Positions 1-10,069 of a stretch of 64,000 bases of DNA are shown here, in pieces; the first letter of the stretch is position 1; each line of letters starts with the position of its first letter. Made by a program: the position numbers and the translations under genes. Under the pieces are notes generated by a model. The model had not been told where the DNA came from. It worked only from the letters and a program-made list of their open reading frames with translations, and did not search any database. The stretch comes from Brachybacterium avium (GTDB lineage Bacteria; Actinomycetota; Actinomycetes; Actinomycetales; Dermabacteraceae). Where the stretch lies: contig NZ_CP022316.1 of NCBI RefSeq assembly GCF_002216795.1, positions 2,445,205 through 2,509,204 of the forward strand, written 5' to 3'.

Positions 1-186
1 GTACGCCGGTCGGTGAGGGTTCTGCGGCTCAAGCTCGGATCCTGATCTCCGTGAGAGGTAGGATCTCTGGCGGATTGAGGTTGGGACCTGCTGGGAATCG
101 GGGCTTTTCAGTGCGGTGCCACCCTCATCATCATCGGGTGTCTCGACTAGGCTGGGCCGAACGTCACCGACCGGAAGAAGCAGCCC

Positions 187-1629
187 ATGAGCGATGTCCA
201 CCCCCCGCGCGAGGAGACCGACGACTTCACCCCGGACGGCCTCGAGGCCGCCGGCGCCGGAGGACCGGTGCAGGACACCGGGTACGTCAGACCCACCGAT
301 CCGCGCACGCTCGCCGCCCTCGAGCACTGGCAGGACCTGAAGTTCGGGCTGATCGTGCACTGGGGGCTGTACACGCATCTGGGGCAGGCGGGATCGTGGT
401 CCCTGTGCCGGGAGAACCTGGCGCCCTTCATGGCCATGAACGAGGACTTCCACGGCACCGAAGCCGAGTGGAACACGCACTACTACGAGTCCCGGCACAC
501 CTTCTCCGGACAGGACTACGACCCCCGGGAGTGGGCGCTGGCAGCGCGCGAAGCTGGCATGAAGTACCTGGTGCTCACCACCAAGCACCACGACGGCTTC
601 GCCATGTTCGACACGAAGTACTCCTCGCTGAAGTCGACCGCGGAGGACTGCGGGCTGGGCCGCGACGTGGTGCGGGAGACCTTCGACGCCTTCCGCGAGC
701 AGGGTCTCGAGACTGGCGTCTACTTTTCCAAGCCGGACTGGGCCCATCCCTCCTACTGGGACAAGGGCAGGGAGATCACAGATCGCTGGTCCAATGTGGA
801 TCCCGAGACGGAACCCGAGCATTGGCGTCCCTTCGTGGAGCACACCCATCGTCAGGTGGAGGAGCTGCTCACCGAGTACGGCGAGGTGAACGTGCTGTGG
901 CTGGACGGCGGCTGGTGCCGTGCCCCGCGGGAGCCGATCGCAATGGACGCTCTGGCCGATCGGGCCCGCGAGCTGCAGCCGGACATCCTCGTGGTGGACC
1001 GCACCGTCCACGGCCGCAACGAGAACTACCGCACGCCGGAGCAGGAGCTGCCCGAGGTGCGGCTGCCCTACCCGTGGGAATCCTGCATCACCTTCACCCG
1101 CGCCTGGTGCTCCTTCGCTCCGGAGGAGCGGACCAAGCCCGTCGGCGACGCGATCGCGAACCTGATCACGATCATCGCCCGCGGAGGGAACTACCTGCTG
1201 GGGGTGGGCCCGGATGCGACCGGCGCCATGAGCTCGCACATCAAGCGCGGACTGCAGGCCATCGGCACCTGGGTCGCGGCGCACGGATCGGCGATCTACG
1301 GCACCCGGGCCCTCGAGGCGGAACCGCGCCTGCAGGGCGCGGCCGCCCAGGAACAGTGGTTCACGACGGGATCGGACGGTGCGCTGAACCTGTTCTTCCT
1401 CCCGGAGGACATCCGGGGCCTGGACCGCGACCATCCTGCTCGCCTGCTGCCGGCGGGAGAGCTGCGCATCTCCAGCGCGGAGCTGCCGACGGGGCTGCTC
1501 ACCGCGAGGGTGCTGGACGGCGGCGCCGAGGTCCCGGTGACCCGCGATGGTGCAGACGCCGTGCTGCAGCTGCCGGCCGTCCCAGTGCGTTTTGCGGCCT
1601 GCGTGCGGATCGAGGGGGAGAGGTCATGA
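187..1629 (+). CDS. alpha-L-fucosidase, glycoside hydrolase family 29
   Basis: 480 aa ORF. The FGLIVHWG / KHHDGFAMFDT block is typical of GH29 fucosidases. No signal peptide. Stop overlaps the next start (ATGA). Confidence 0.85.
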   Translation: MSDVHPPREETDDFTPDGLEAAGAGGPVQDTGYVRPTDPRTLAALEHWQDLKFGLIVHWGLYTHLGQAGSWSLCRENLAPFMAMNEDFHGTEAEWNTHYYESRHTFSGQDYDPREWALAAREAGMKYLVLTTKHHDGFAMFDTKYSSLKSTAEDCGLGRDVVRETFDAFREQGLETGVYFSKPDWAHPSYWDKGREITDRWSNVDPETEPEHWRPFVEHTHRQVEELLTEYGEVNVLWLDGGWCRAPREPIAMDALADRARELQPDILVVDRTVHGRNENYRTPEQELPEVRLPYPWESCITFTRAWCSFAPEERTKPVGDAIANLITIIARGGNYLLGVGPDATGAMSSHIKRGLQAIGTWVAAHGSAIYGTRALEAEPRLQGAAAQEQWFTTGSDGALNLFFLPEDIRGLDRDHPARLLPAGELRISSAELPTGLLTARVLDGGAEVPVTRDGADAVLQLPAVPVRFAACVRIEGERS

Positions 1630-3062
1630 GCGATGCCCCGAACATCCTGTTCGTCCTGACCGACGACCAGGGACCCTGGGCGCTGGGCCGGGAGACTCCC
1701 GAGCTCCTCACCCCGACCCTGGACCGGCTCGCCGCGGAGGGCACCTACCTGGAGCGGTTCTTCTGCGCCTCTCCCGTGTGCTCCCCGGCCCGTGCCTCCC
1801 TGCTGACCGGCCGGATGCCGTCGGCGCACGGCGTGCACGATTGGCTGCGCCCGGAAGGGGTCGAGCCCCCGGGACCGCAGAGCGCCTACATCGACTCCCT
1901 CCCCACCTTCACCCAGGCGCTGGCGGATGGTGGCTACCATTGCGGCCTGGCCGGGAAATGGCATGTGGGCAACTCCCACGAGCCCGCCGCCGGTTTCGAG
2001 TACTGGTACACGCACCGGCTCGGCGGCAGCTCCTACTACGACGCCCCCATCTGGGAGTTCGACGAGGAGTCCGGCCGCACCACTGTCGAACCGCGTGAAG
2101 CGGAGGAGCCGCGCTACTTCACGGACGCGGTCGGGGACCACGGCGTGGACTTCCTGCGCCGCCACGCCGCCGAGGGAGAGGGCAGGCCGTTCTTCCTGCA
2201 GCTGGCCACCACGGCCCCGCATGCGCCGTGGACGAACGGCAACCATCCCGACGAGCTCGTGGACCTGTACGCCGACACCGATTTCCCCTCGGTCCCGGCG
2301 CCCGCACCGCATCCGTGGTCCAACGGCCGTGTCGTCGCGGATCCGGTCGAGCATCGCCACCGGAACCTGGCCGGCTACGCCGCCGCGGTCACCGGCATCG
2401 ATCGGATGCTGGCCCGGGTGCTCGCCGAGGCCGAGGAGCAGGGGCTGCTGGAGAACACCATCGTCCTGTTCACCTCCGACAACGGCTTCTCCTGCGGACA
2501 CCATGGCATCTGGGGCAAGGGGAACGGCACCTTCCCGCTGAATTTCTGGGAGAACTCGATCCGGGTCCCGTTCATCGCCTGGGGGCCGGGTCGGATCGCG
2601 GCCGGGCGGGTGAGTGATCACCTGGTCAGCGCCACCAGCGTGTTCGAGACGGTGCTGGAGCTCGCCGGCGTCACCGCGCCGCCGGATCCGCTGCGCATCG
2701 GGCGCAGCGTCGCCGCGCTGCTGACCACCGAGGAGCAGACCGTCGAGCCCCCGCCGTCGGAGATCCTGGTCCTGGACGAGTACGGCGACAACCGCATGAT
2801 CCGCACAACACGGTGGAAGTACGTCACGCGCCGCGAGGGGCCCGAGGAGCTGTACGACCTCGAGACCGATCCCGAGGAGGCGCGCGACCTCTCCGCGGAC
2901 CCGGCGTGCGCCGCAGTGCGGGACGATCTCGCCACCCGTCTGCGTGAGCGGTTCGCCCGGTGCAGCGAGCCCGGCCTGGACGGCTGGGACCTGCCGGTCA
3001 CCGGCAAGGGGCAGAACAGACCGCTGGGCAGCGAGGATCGACAGGGCGCCTTCGAGCAGTAG
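1626..3062 (+). CDS. Cys-type sulfatase (arylsulfatase family)
   Basis: An internal ATG at 1626 gives MSDAPNILFVLTDDQG, a sulfatase N-terminus. The C-S-P-A-R formylglycine motif is present (CSPARASLLTGR). The same-frame ORF 51-3062 upstream is a read-through artefact. Confidence 0.85.
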   Translation: MSDAPNILFVLTDDQGPWALGRETPELLTPTLDRLAAEGTYLERFFCASPVCSPARASLLTGRMPSAHGVHDWLRPEGVEPPGPQSAYIDSLPTFTQALADGGYHCGLAGKWHVGNSHEPAAGFEYWYTHRLGGSSYYDAPIWEFDEESGRTTVEPREAEEPRYFTDAVGDHGVDFLRRHAAEGEGRPFFLQLATTAPHAPWTNGNHPDELVDLYADTDFPSVPAPAPHPWSNGRVVADPVEHRHRNLAGYAAAVTGIDRMLARVLAEAEEQGLLENTIVLFTSDNGFSCGHHGIWGKGNGTFPLNFWENSIRVPFIAWGPGRIAAGRVSDHLVSATSVFETVLELAGVTAPPDPLRIGRSVAALLTTEEQTVEPPPSEILVLDEYGDNRMIRTTRWKYVTRREGPEELYDLETDPEEARDLSADPACAAVRDDLATRLRERFARCSEPGLDGWDLPVTGKGQNRPLGSEDRQGAFEQ

Positions 3063-3099
3063 CGGAGCGCCACCCCACCGGGGCGGCCCGGCCGCCCGC

Positions 3100-4566
3100 T
3101 CAGACGGCCGGCTCGTCCTCCGCCGCGGTGCCCCTCAGCGTCACGGCGAGGATCGTCGCGGCAGTGGTCAGCACCCCACCGAAGGCGAAGGCCCAGCCGG
3201 CGCCGCTGGCCTGGGCGACGCCGGTGGATGCCCCGGCCGCTGCCGCGACGGCGGAGCCGAGGGTCAGCAGCGCGATGAACACGGCCGTGCCCAGCGCCGC
3301 GGCGAGCTGCTGCAGGGTGTTGAGGATGGCGGAGCCGTGACCGTACAGCGAGCGCGGCAGCGCCCCCAGGGACAGCGCCATCAGCGGGGTCATGACCATG
3401 GCCATGCCGATGCCGAGAGGGATGTTCAGCGCGATGATCAGGCCCTGGGTGGCGTCGCCGTCCAGCAGCACCACCTCGAGCCAGCACGCCAGGGCCATCA
3501 GCGCGGCGCCGGGGACCACGAGCGGGCGCGGGCCCACCCGGTCGTAGGCGGCACCGACCAGCGGGCCGAGCACCCCGGAGGCGGCCGCGCCGGGCAGCAT
3601 GGTCAGGCCCACCGTGAAGGAGGACATGCCCAGCGCACCGGTCATGTACAGCGGCAGCGCCACGACCGTGCCGAGCATGGTGGCGAAGCTCAGCAGGATC
3701 ACCAGCACCGAGACCGAGAAGGTGCGGACCTTCAGCGGTCGCAGGTCCAGCAGCGGCTCCTGGCCGCGGGCGCGACGGCGCACCTGGCGGAAGGTGAACA
3801 GCGTCAGGGACAGCGCGCCCACCGCGAGGACGATCAGGGGCATCACGCGATTGCTGCCGTCGACGACGGCGCTGATCGAGGCCAGCGCGTAGATCATGCC
3901 GCCGAAGCCGATCGCGGACAGTACCACCGAGACGACGTCCAGCCCCACCTTCTCGGGATCGGTGTAGTTGCGCATGAACAGCAGGCCGATGACCAGGGCG
4001 ACCACGATGATCGGCAGCATCATCACGAACAGGCGGTGCCAGGACCAGTGCTCGAGGATGAAACCGGAGATCGACGGGCCGAGCGCCGGCGCGGCGGAGA
4101 TGACCACACCCACCAGCCCCATCACCAGGCCGCGGGCGCGCAGCGGCACCAGCGCGAGGATCGTGGTCATCAGCAGGGGCAGCACCATCGCGGTGCCCGC
4201 GGCCTGCACCACGCGTGCGCCCAGCAGCACCGTGAAGGTGGGTGCCGCCGCAGCGGCGAGGGTGCCGACCAGGAACAGCAGCATCGCGGTCGTGAACACG
4301 CTGCGGGTGGTCAGGCGCTTCATCAGGAAGCCGGTGGTCGGGATGACCACCGCCATCGTCAGCATGAACCCGGTGGAGAGCCACTGCGCGGTGACCGCGG
4401 TGATCGTGAGGTCCGCCATCAGCACCGGCAGCGCGACCGCCAGCATGGTCTCGTTCAGGATCATCACGAAAGCGGAGATCACCAGCACCGCGATGATCGG
4501 GGTGACCTTGACGCCCGCGGGCACGTCGCCGTCGGCTCCCGAGGTGCGGGCGCCGGGGGACTCGAC
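3100..4566 (-). CDS. MFS transporter, DHA2-type drug:H+ antiporter (14-TM-like)
   Basis: Highly hydrophobic 548-aa ORF (3100-4746) with motifs like LNETMLAVALPVLMADL...QWLSTGFMLT. The true start is uncertain; GTG candidates lie near 4512-4566. It is downstream of and on the same strand as the HK/RR pair. Confidence 0.7.
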   Translation of the reverse strand, partial: VESPGARTSGADGDVPAGVKVTPIIAVLVISAFVMILNETMLAVALPVLMADLTITAVTAQWLSTGFMLTMAVVIPTTGFLMKRLTTRSVFTTAMLLFLVGTLAAAAAPTFTVLLGARVVQAAGTAMVLPLLMTTILALVPLRARGLVMGLVGVVISAAPALGPSISGFILEHWSWHRLFVMMLPIIVVALVIGLLFMRNYTDPEKVGLDVVSVVLSAIGFGGMIYALASISAVVDGSNRVMPLIVLAVGALSLTLFTFRQVRRRARGQEPLLDLRPLKVRTFSVSVLVILLSFATMLGTVVALPLYMTGALGMSSFTVGLTMLPGAAASGVLGPLVGAAYDRVGPRPLVVPGAALMALACWLEVVLLDGDATQGLIIALNIPLGIGMAMVMTPLMALSLGALPRSLYGHGSAILNTLQQLAAALGTAVFIALLTLGSAVAAAAGASTGVAQASGAGWAFAFGGVLTTAATILAVTLRGTAAEDEPAV

Positions 4567-4800
4567 GGCGGGGAACTCTCCGGTGGGGTGGGCGTGTGCG
4601 TCGTCATGAGGGGACGTGCTTTCTTCATCGAGGTACCAGAGGGCCGGAACCCGCCATGTCCGCGCGCGCCCGAGAGGGGGCGGAGCAGTCGGGTCACCCT
4701 CCGGTGGGCCGACGGACACCGTCCGCGGCCACCCTGATCCTGTCACGGAGACCCGCTTTTCGTCACCGTGATATGAGACGCGCCCTCCTCGCCGCCGACC

Positions 4801-5502
4801 TCACCCCCGGTGCTGCTGCCACCACAGCGCCGCCTGCACCCGGGACTCCAGCTGCATCTTCACCAGCGCATGGGAGAGATGCGACTTCACCGTGGTGACC
4901 TCGACGAACAGCTCGCTCGCGATCTGCTGGTTCGTTCTGCCCCGCGCGACCAGGGCGAGCACATCCTCCTCCCGGCGGGTGAAGCGGGGAACGGGACCGG
5001 GCGGGGCGGGCGGCTCCGCGGCAGGCGGCGCGTCCGTCCCCCGTCCCTGCAGGGCCTCGAGCACGGCCCGGGTCGCGCTCGCGGAGAGCACCGCATCGCC
5101 ACGATGCACGTCCCGCACCGCGGCGAGGATCCGCTGCGGGCTCTCGGTCTTCACCAGATACCCGTCGGCCCCGGCCCGAAGCGCCCCGAGCACATAGTCG
5201 TCCAGATCGAAACCCGATATCACCAGCACGTTCGCACCGGTCTCGCGCAGCTGCGGGGTGATCTCGATGCCGGTGGCTCCCGGCATGCGCACGTCGGTGA
5301 GGACCACGTCCGGCCGGTGCTCACGGGTCGCGGCCACTGCGGCGTCGCCGTCGGCCGCCTCGGCGACCACGGTGATGTCCGGGGCGGAGCCCAGCAGCGC
5401 CACCAGTCCGGAGCGCACGGCCGGATGGTCCTCGGCCACCACCACCCGGATCGGCGGGGCCGGTGCCGCAGCGGCGCTGTCGTCGTGAGATGGGCGGGTC
5501 AT
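4801..5502 (-). CDS. two-component response regulator, NarL/LuxR family
   Basis: N-terminal receiver (VVVAEDHPAVRSGL...DVVLTDVRMPG) and C-terminal LuxR HTH (LTRREEDVLALVARGRTNQQIA). Start overlaps the HK stop. Confidence 0.85.
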   Translation of the reverse strand: MTRPSHDDSAAAAPAPPIRVVVAEDHPAVRSGLVALLGSAPDITVVAEAADGDAAVAATREHRPDVVLTDVRMPGATGIEITPQLRETGANVLVISGFDLDDYVLGALRAGADGYLVKTESPQRILAAVRDVHRGDAVLSASATRAVLEALQGRGTDAPPAAEPPAPPGPVPRFTRREEDVLALVARGRTNQQIASELFVEVTTVKSHLSHALVKMQLESRVQAALWWQQHRG

Positions 5503-6758
5503 GAGCGGGGCTCCTCGGCGAGACGGTCGGGACCAGGGCGGGAGATGCCGCGATCGACCTGCAGCGGCAGCTGGGCGAGCACCTCCCAGGTGTCGGCCGC
5601 AGCCCCGTCGGCCGAGGCCGGCGCGGGTCCCGAGCTCGCGCTGCCACCCACCGCCGCTGCCCGGTGCGCGATCGCTCCGCGCCCCATCCCGGTGCCCACC
5701 GCGCGGGGTGACCCGCGGTGATTGCGCAGCGCGAATCGCACCTCCGCCGCCTCCACCGCCGCCTCCATCGAGAGCGGTGCCCGGCCGTGGCGCACCGCGT
5801 TGGTGACGGCCTCGGCGCCGATCCGCAGCAGTGCGGCCTGCACCGCGGGATCCACCTGCCCGGGGTCGTGGAGGGCCGGGTCGATGCTGACCCGTGCCTC
5901 CGGGTCCCTGCCCCGCAGCCGCGAGGTCAGCGAGGGCCAGTCGAGGGTCGCCGACGGCAGGGTGCCCGCCTCCTCGGTGGAGAGCACCCCGATCATCGAG
6001 CGCAGGTCACGCAGCGCTGCATGCGCAGACTCCCGCGCGGTGGTCAGGGAGGCGTCTCGCGCGGGCCGGTCCTCGAGACTCGCGGCGAGGCTGGTGTGCA
6101 GGGACACGGCGCTGAGATGCCCGGCGATCACATCGTGCAGGTCATGGGCGATGCTGCGCCGTTCGGTCTCCACCGCGTGGGCGGCGCGGGTGGTGGCCAG
6201 CTCGTGCTCGAGGCCGGCGAGGTGCTCGGCGGAGCGTCGGGCGTCGCGGTGGTGGCGCACCTCCCAGCCCCACAGCAGCGGGGTCGAGATCAGCAGCGCC
6301 GAGATCAGCACGATGACGAAGACGACCTCGCCGGGCGCCCGGGCCAGCAGCCCGGCCAGCACCGCGAGCGCACCGACCGCGGACGCGATCCAGGTGGTGG
6401 CCCGGGCCAGGCGTCGGCTGCCGTGCATGACCGGGACGAACAGCGCCTCGAACAGCAGGAAGTACGCCGAGATCTGCCCACCCGCGACGATCTCGACGAG
6501 GCTGAGCGGACCGGCCATCGCCAGGACGACCGCGGGGCGCCGACGCCGCCAGAGCAGGCTCAGGCAGGCGGCGAGCATCAGCGCCACCGAGACCTCCGGC
6601 GGCCAGGCACCGTCCTGGACCAGGAAGCCGGAGTTCGCGACGCCGGAGGCCGCGAGCACCAGCACGAGCAGCGCATACATGCCCACCACCAGCAGGTCCC
6701 GCCCTGCCGCGGGTGGGTTCGCCGGGCCGGGGTCGGGGAGAGCCGGTGCGGGGGACAT
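5499..6758 (-). CDS. sensor histidine kinase, HisKA_3/DesK-like
   Basis: Start MSPAPALPD at 6758; the longer ORF to 7673 is an extension. N-terminal TM helices, H-box ERRSIAHDLHDVIAGHLS, HATPase_c region. Coupled to the RR at 4801-5502. Confidence 0.8.
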   Translation of the reverse strand: MSPAPALPDPGPANPPAAGRDLLVVGMYALLVLVLAASGVANSGFLVQDGAWPPEVSVALMLAACLSLLWRRRRPAVVLAMAGPLSLVEIVAGGQISAYFLLFEALFVPVMHGSRRLARATTWIASAVGALAVLAGLLARAPGEVVFVIVLISALLISTPLLWGWEVRHHRDARRSAEHLAGLEHELATTRAAHAVETERRSIAHDLHDVIAGHLSAVSLHTSLAASLEDRPARDASLTTARESAHAALRDLRSMIGVLSTEEAGTLPSATLDWPSLTSRLRGRDPEARVSIDPALHDPGQVDPAVQAALLRIGAEAVTNAVRHGRAPLSMEAAVEAAEVRFALRNHRGSPRAVGTGMGRGAIAHRAAAVGGSASSGPAPASADGAAADTWEVLAQLPLQVDRGISRPGPDRLAEEPRS

Positions 6759-6851
6759 GCTCCGAGGGTACGGCGGGAGCACCCTCCGAGCCCGGGGACT
6801 GCACGCAGTTCCTCCCAAGGGAGGAAGCGCAGGGGCCCGGCCGACGGGAGC

Positions 6852-7610
6852 ATGGAGGGCATGGAATCGTTGATGGACGCCGCCGGCCCGCTCGGCCTGG
6901 TCCTGCTCGCGCTGGTGGACTCCACCTCGATGGGTACCCTGGTGATCCCCGTGATCCTGCTCGTGGTGGGCCAGGGCGGGGCGCTGCGGATCGCCGGCCG
7001 CACCCTGCTGTACCTCGCGGTGATCGGGGTGTTCTACCTGCTGCTGGGCATCGCGCTGCTGGCCGGGCTGCTGCCGCTGATCGGCTCCTTCGGGCATCTG
7101 CTGGCCGCCCCGCAGGTGATGCTGGTGCTCGCCGTGATCGGGGTGCTGCTGGTCATCTGGTCCTTCCGTCTGGACCCCAAGGCCGTCGCCAAGCGTGGCG
7201 GCGATCCCGAGGCTGCGGCCCGCCGCTGGACCTCCCGTGCCCGCCGCGCCTCCGGCCGGCCCTCCCTCCTGATCGCGCTCGCGCTCACCGCGGGCGTCAT
7301 CGAGGCAGCGTCGATGATCCCGTACCTCGCCGCGATGGGGATCCTCGCCGATATGGAGGTGGGCCTCGCCTCCGGCTCCCTGCTCCTGGCGGGATACTGC
7401 GCCGTGATGATCCTCCCCGGTGCGCTGCTTTGCGGGGTGCGGGCCGTGCTCGGTGGCCGGGCCGATGCTCTCCTGGACCGCGTCCACGAGTGGGCGGTGA
7501 GGAACGCAGCCACCTCCCTCTCCTGGGTCGTCGGCATCATCGGCGTGCTCATCGCGCTGAACACCGCGGGCCCGGCCCTGGCCTGGCTCACCGGCAGCGG
7601 ATCGTCCTGA
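6852..7610 (+). CDS. polytopic membrane protein (GAP/DUF2910-like)
   Basis: An internal ATG (MEGMESLMDAAGPLGLVLLALVDSTSMGTL...) gives 252 aa with about 6 predicted TM helices. Divergent from the HK gene. The upstream part of ORF 5718-7610 is antisense to the HK. Confidence 0.5.
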   Translation: MEGMESLMDAAGPLGLVLLALVDSTSMGTLVIPVILLVVGQGGALRIAGRTLLYLAVIGVFYLLLGIALLAGLLPLIGSFGHLLAAPQVMLVLAVIGVLLVIWSFRLDPKAVAKRGGDPEAAARRWTSRARRASGRPSLLIALALTAGVIEAASMIPYLAAMGILADMEVGLASGSLLLAGYCAVMILPGALLCGVRAVLGGRADALLDRVHEWAVRNAATSLSWVVGIIGVLIALNTAGPALAWLTGSGSS

Positions 7611-7712
7611 CCGGCGGCCTGCGGGAACCAGCGCGATGACCGGCCGGTAGACTCCAGTGGTCCGACCGAACACCGCGCGCCGTCGCGCGGCAGCTCACAA
7701 GGGGATACCACG

Positions 7713-8789
7713 ATGACGCGCACGGATGACGGCCCCGAGCCCACGACCACGGCACCCTCGCCTCGGGCGACGGTGACCCTCGCCGACGTCGCCCGGGCCG
7801 CCGGGGTCTCCCTCGCCACCGCCTCCTTCGTGCTCTCCGGCCGCGGCACCTCCCGTTCCGCGGGATCGACCGCCACCAAGGAGAAGGTGCGCGCGGCCGC
7901 CGCTGAGCTGGGTTACGTCCCCAATCGCCACGCGCAGGCGATGCGCACGGGGCGCGGCGGCGGCATCGTGATGGCCCTGGGAACCCTCGATGACCCCTGG
8001 GGGGTGCAGCTCACCGCGAGGGTGCGCGATGACGCGCTGCGCCACGACCTCTCCACGCTGGTCCTGGCCGACGAGCGCTGGTTCGAGTACCTGCTGGGAG
8101 CCTCGGCCGACGCAGCCTTCATCACCAGCATCGACTTCATCGAGCAGGGCCCGGAGCGGGTGCGGCGCCTCGCCGCCTCGACCCAGACCGGGATCGTCGC
8201 GTTCAGTGCAGAGATGGAGCCCGAGGACTTCGACGTGGTCGCCTCCACCCCGACCTCGGCGATCGGTCGCGCCTATGCCCAGCTGCGCGGGCGCCACGAC
8301 CGGGTGCAGCTGCTCGCGCCGGACCTCTCGCGGCGCATCGGCGGCACCCTGGCACATCCGCGCACCCGTGCCTTCCTCGACGCGGCGCGTGCCCATGGCG
8401 ACACCTCCGCGGAGAGCCTGGTGCACATCGTCCCCGACGGCAGCCACGAGGCCTTCCTCGCCGGGCTCGCCTGGCTCACCGGCCCGGACCGCCCTGGGGC
8501 CGTCGTCTGCTTCACCGGGTACCAGGCCGTCGCGCTGCAGGTCGCGGCCGAGCGGGTCGGGCTGCGCGTCCCCGATGACCTGGAGTTCCTCTCCATCGGT
8601 GACATCCCCGCCTCCACCGAATTCTTCGGGCCCATCAGCTACTACGGTGTCGACGACGTGTTCGCACGGCTGTCGTCGATCATCGTGGATCGGGCCGTGG
8701 AGCGGGCCGGACGACCCGGCAACCTGCACACCTTCGACTGGGAGTTCTTCCCCGGCGTGACCACCCGCGAGACCGACGGAGCACGATGA
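7713..8789 (+). CDS. LacI-family transcriptional regulator
   Basis: N-terminal HTH (TLADVARAAGVSLATASFVLSG) and a periplasmic-binding-protein-like sugar-binding core. Confidence 0.85.
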   Translation: MTRTDDGPEPTTTAPSPRATVTLADVARAAGVSLATASFVLSGRGTSRSAGSTATKEKVRAAAAELGYVPNRHAQAMRTGRGGGIVMALGTLDDPWGVQLTARVRDDALRHDLSTLVLADERWFEYLLGASADAAFITSIDFIEQGPERVRRLAASTQTGIVAFSAEMEPEDFDVVASTPTSAIGRAYAQLRGRHDRVQLLAPDLSRRIGGTLAHPRTRAFLDAARAHGDTSAESLVHIVPDGSHEAFLAGLAWLTGPDRPGAVVCFTGYQAVALQVAAERVGLRVPDDLEFLSIGDIPASTEFFGPISYYGVDDVFARLSSIIVDRAVERAGRPGNLHTFDWEFFPGVTTRETDGAR

Positions 8790-10069
8790 CGACCACCTGG
8801 ACCCTGCCCGGCATGCGACTGAGCGACCTCACCCTGCCGGTGCCGCTGGACCACGCCGACCCCACCGGCGCGCAGCTCGAGGTGTTCGCCCGCGTGGTCA
8901 CCGCCGACGGCGGCGAGGACCGCCCGTACCTCGTCTTCCTGCAGGGCGGCCCCGGCTCCGAGGCGCCGCGCCCGCTTGAGGCCTCCTCACCCGGCTGGCT
9001 CGCCCGTGCGCTGCGCGAGCACCAGGTGGTGATGCTCGACCAGCGCGGCACCGGCCGCTCCACCCCCGTCGGCCCCGACACCCCGTTGCCCGAGGGCGCG
9101 ATCCCCGGAGCCGAGACCCTGCGCGAGGCGACCGCCTCGCAGCAGGCGCAGTACCTCACCCACTTCCGAGCCGACGCGATCGTCCGCGATGCCGAACTGC
9201 TGCGCGAGCATCTCGAGGTCGAGGCCTGGTCCCTGCTGGGGCAGTCCTTCGGCGGCTTCACCGCCCTGCGCTACCTCAGCGCCGCCGCCGGGAGCGTGGA
9301 GAAGGCACTGTTCACCGGCGGCCTGCCCACGGTCGGGCCCGGCATGGACGAGGTCTATGCCACCACCTGGCAGGGCATGATCGGTCGCAGCGAACGCTAC
9401 TGGGCCCGCTTCCCGGGGGACCGCGACCGCTTCCGCCGCCTCGCCGATGCTGCGGACGCCGGACGGCTGCGGCTCCCGGATGGTCAGCGGGTGGGAGTGG
9501 AACGACTGCGCCGCCTCGGCCACCTGCTGGGCGCCTCCCAGGGCGCCGAGCGTCTCCACTACCTGCTGGACCTCGACCCCTCCGCCCCGGCCCTGGCCCA
9601 TGACCTCGCCGCCGCGCTGCCCTTCGGTGGGCGCAATCCGCTGTACGCGGTGATCCACGAGAGCTGTTGGGCCGACGGGGTCGCCACCCGCTGGGCCGCC
9701 GATCGCGCCCAGCCGGCCGCGGTGAAGGAGGACCCGACGCTGCTGGCCGGGGAGCACATCCATCGCGACCTCTTCGCCGAGGATCCGGAGCTCGCCGTCT
9801 GGGCCGAAGCCGCAGACCTGCTCGCCGAGCACGAATGGCCGGCGCTGTACGACGAGTCCGCGCTGCGGGCGGCCGAGGTCCCCGGCGCTGCCGCGGTCTA
9901 CTACGACGACGCCTATGTGCCGCGCGAGTATTCGATGGCCACCGCCGCGCTCCTGCCGCGACTGCGGACCTGGGTCACCAGCGAATACGAGCACAACGGC
10001 CTGCGCGCGAGTAGGCAGGGCGTCCTGGACCACCTCCTCGACCTCGCCGCCGGCCGCCGCCCCGCCTGA
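8786..10069 (+). CDS. alpha/beta hydrolase, prolyl aminopeptidase (S33) family
   Basis: 427 aa. VMLDQRGTGRSTP and the nucleophile elbow GQSFGG. Start overlaps the LacI stop (ATGA). Confidence 0.75.
   Translation: MTTTWTLPGMRLSDLTLPVPLDHADPTGAQLEVFARVVTADGGEDRPYLVFLQGGPGSEAPRPLEASSPGWLARALREHQVVMLDQRGTGRSTPVGPDTPLPEGAIPGAETLREATASQQAQYLTHFRADAIVRDAELLREHLEVEAWSLLGQSFGGFTALRYLSAAAGSVEKALFTGGLPTVGPGMDEVYATTWQGMIGRSERYWARFPGDRDRFRRLADAADAGRLRLPDGQRVGVERLRRLGHLLGASQGAERLHYLLDLDPSAPALAHDLAAALPFGGRNPLYAVIHESCWADGVATRWAADRAQPAAVKEDPTLLAGEHIHRDLFAEDPELAVWAEAADLLAEHEWPALYDESALRAAEVPGAAAVYYDDAYVPREYSMATAALLPRLRTWVTSEYEHNGLRASRQGVLDHLLDLAAGRRPA

Noticed and set aside
51-1625. N-terminal 525 codons of the 1003-aa ORF 51-3062
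   Set aside because: Same-frame read-through upstream of the real sulfatase start. It overlaps the well-supported GH29 gene in another frame and is Arg/Gly/Pro low-complexity, typical of high-GC non-coding frames.
2618-4737. Long ORFs 2618-4384 (-) and 2944-4737 (+)
   Set aside because: Alternative-frame or antisense artefacts over the MFS pump gene. Their sequences are R/G/H/D-rich with no domain-like motifs.
6759-7673. Upstream extension of ORF 5499-7673 (-)
   Set aside because: Antisense to a convincing membrane-protein gene on the plus strand. The kinase has a good internal start at 6758.
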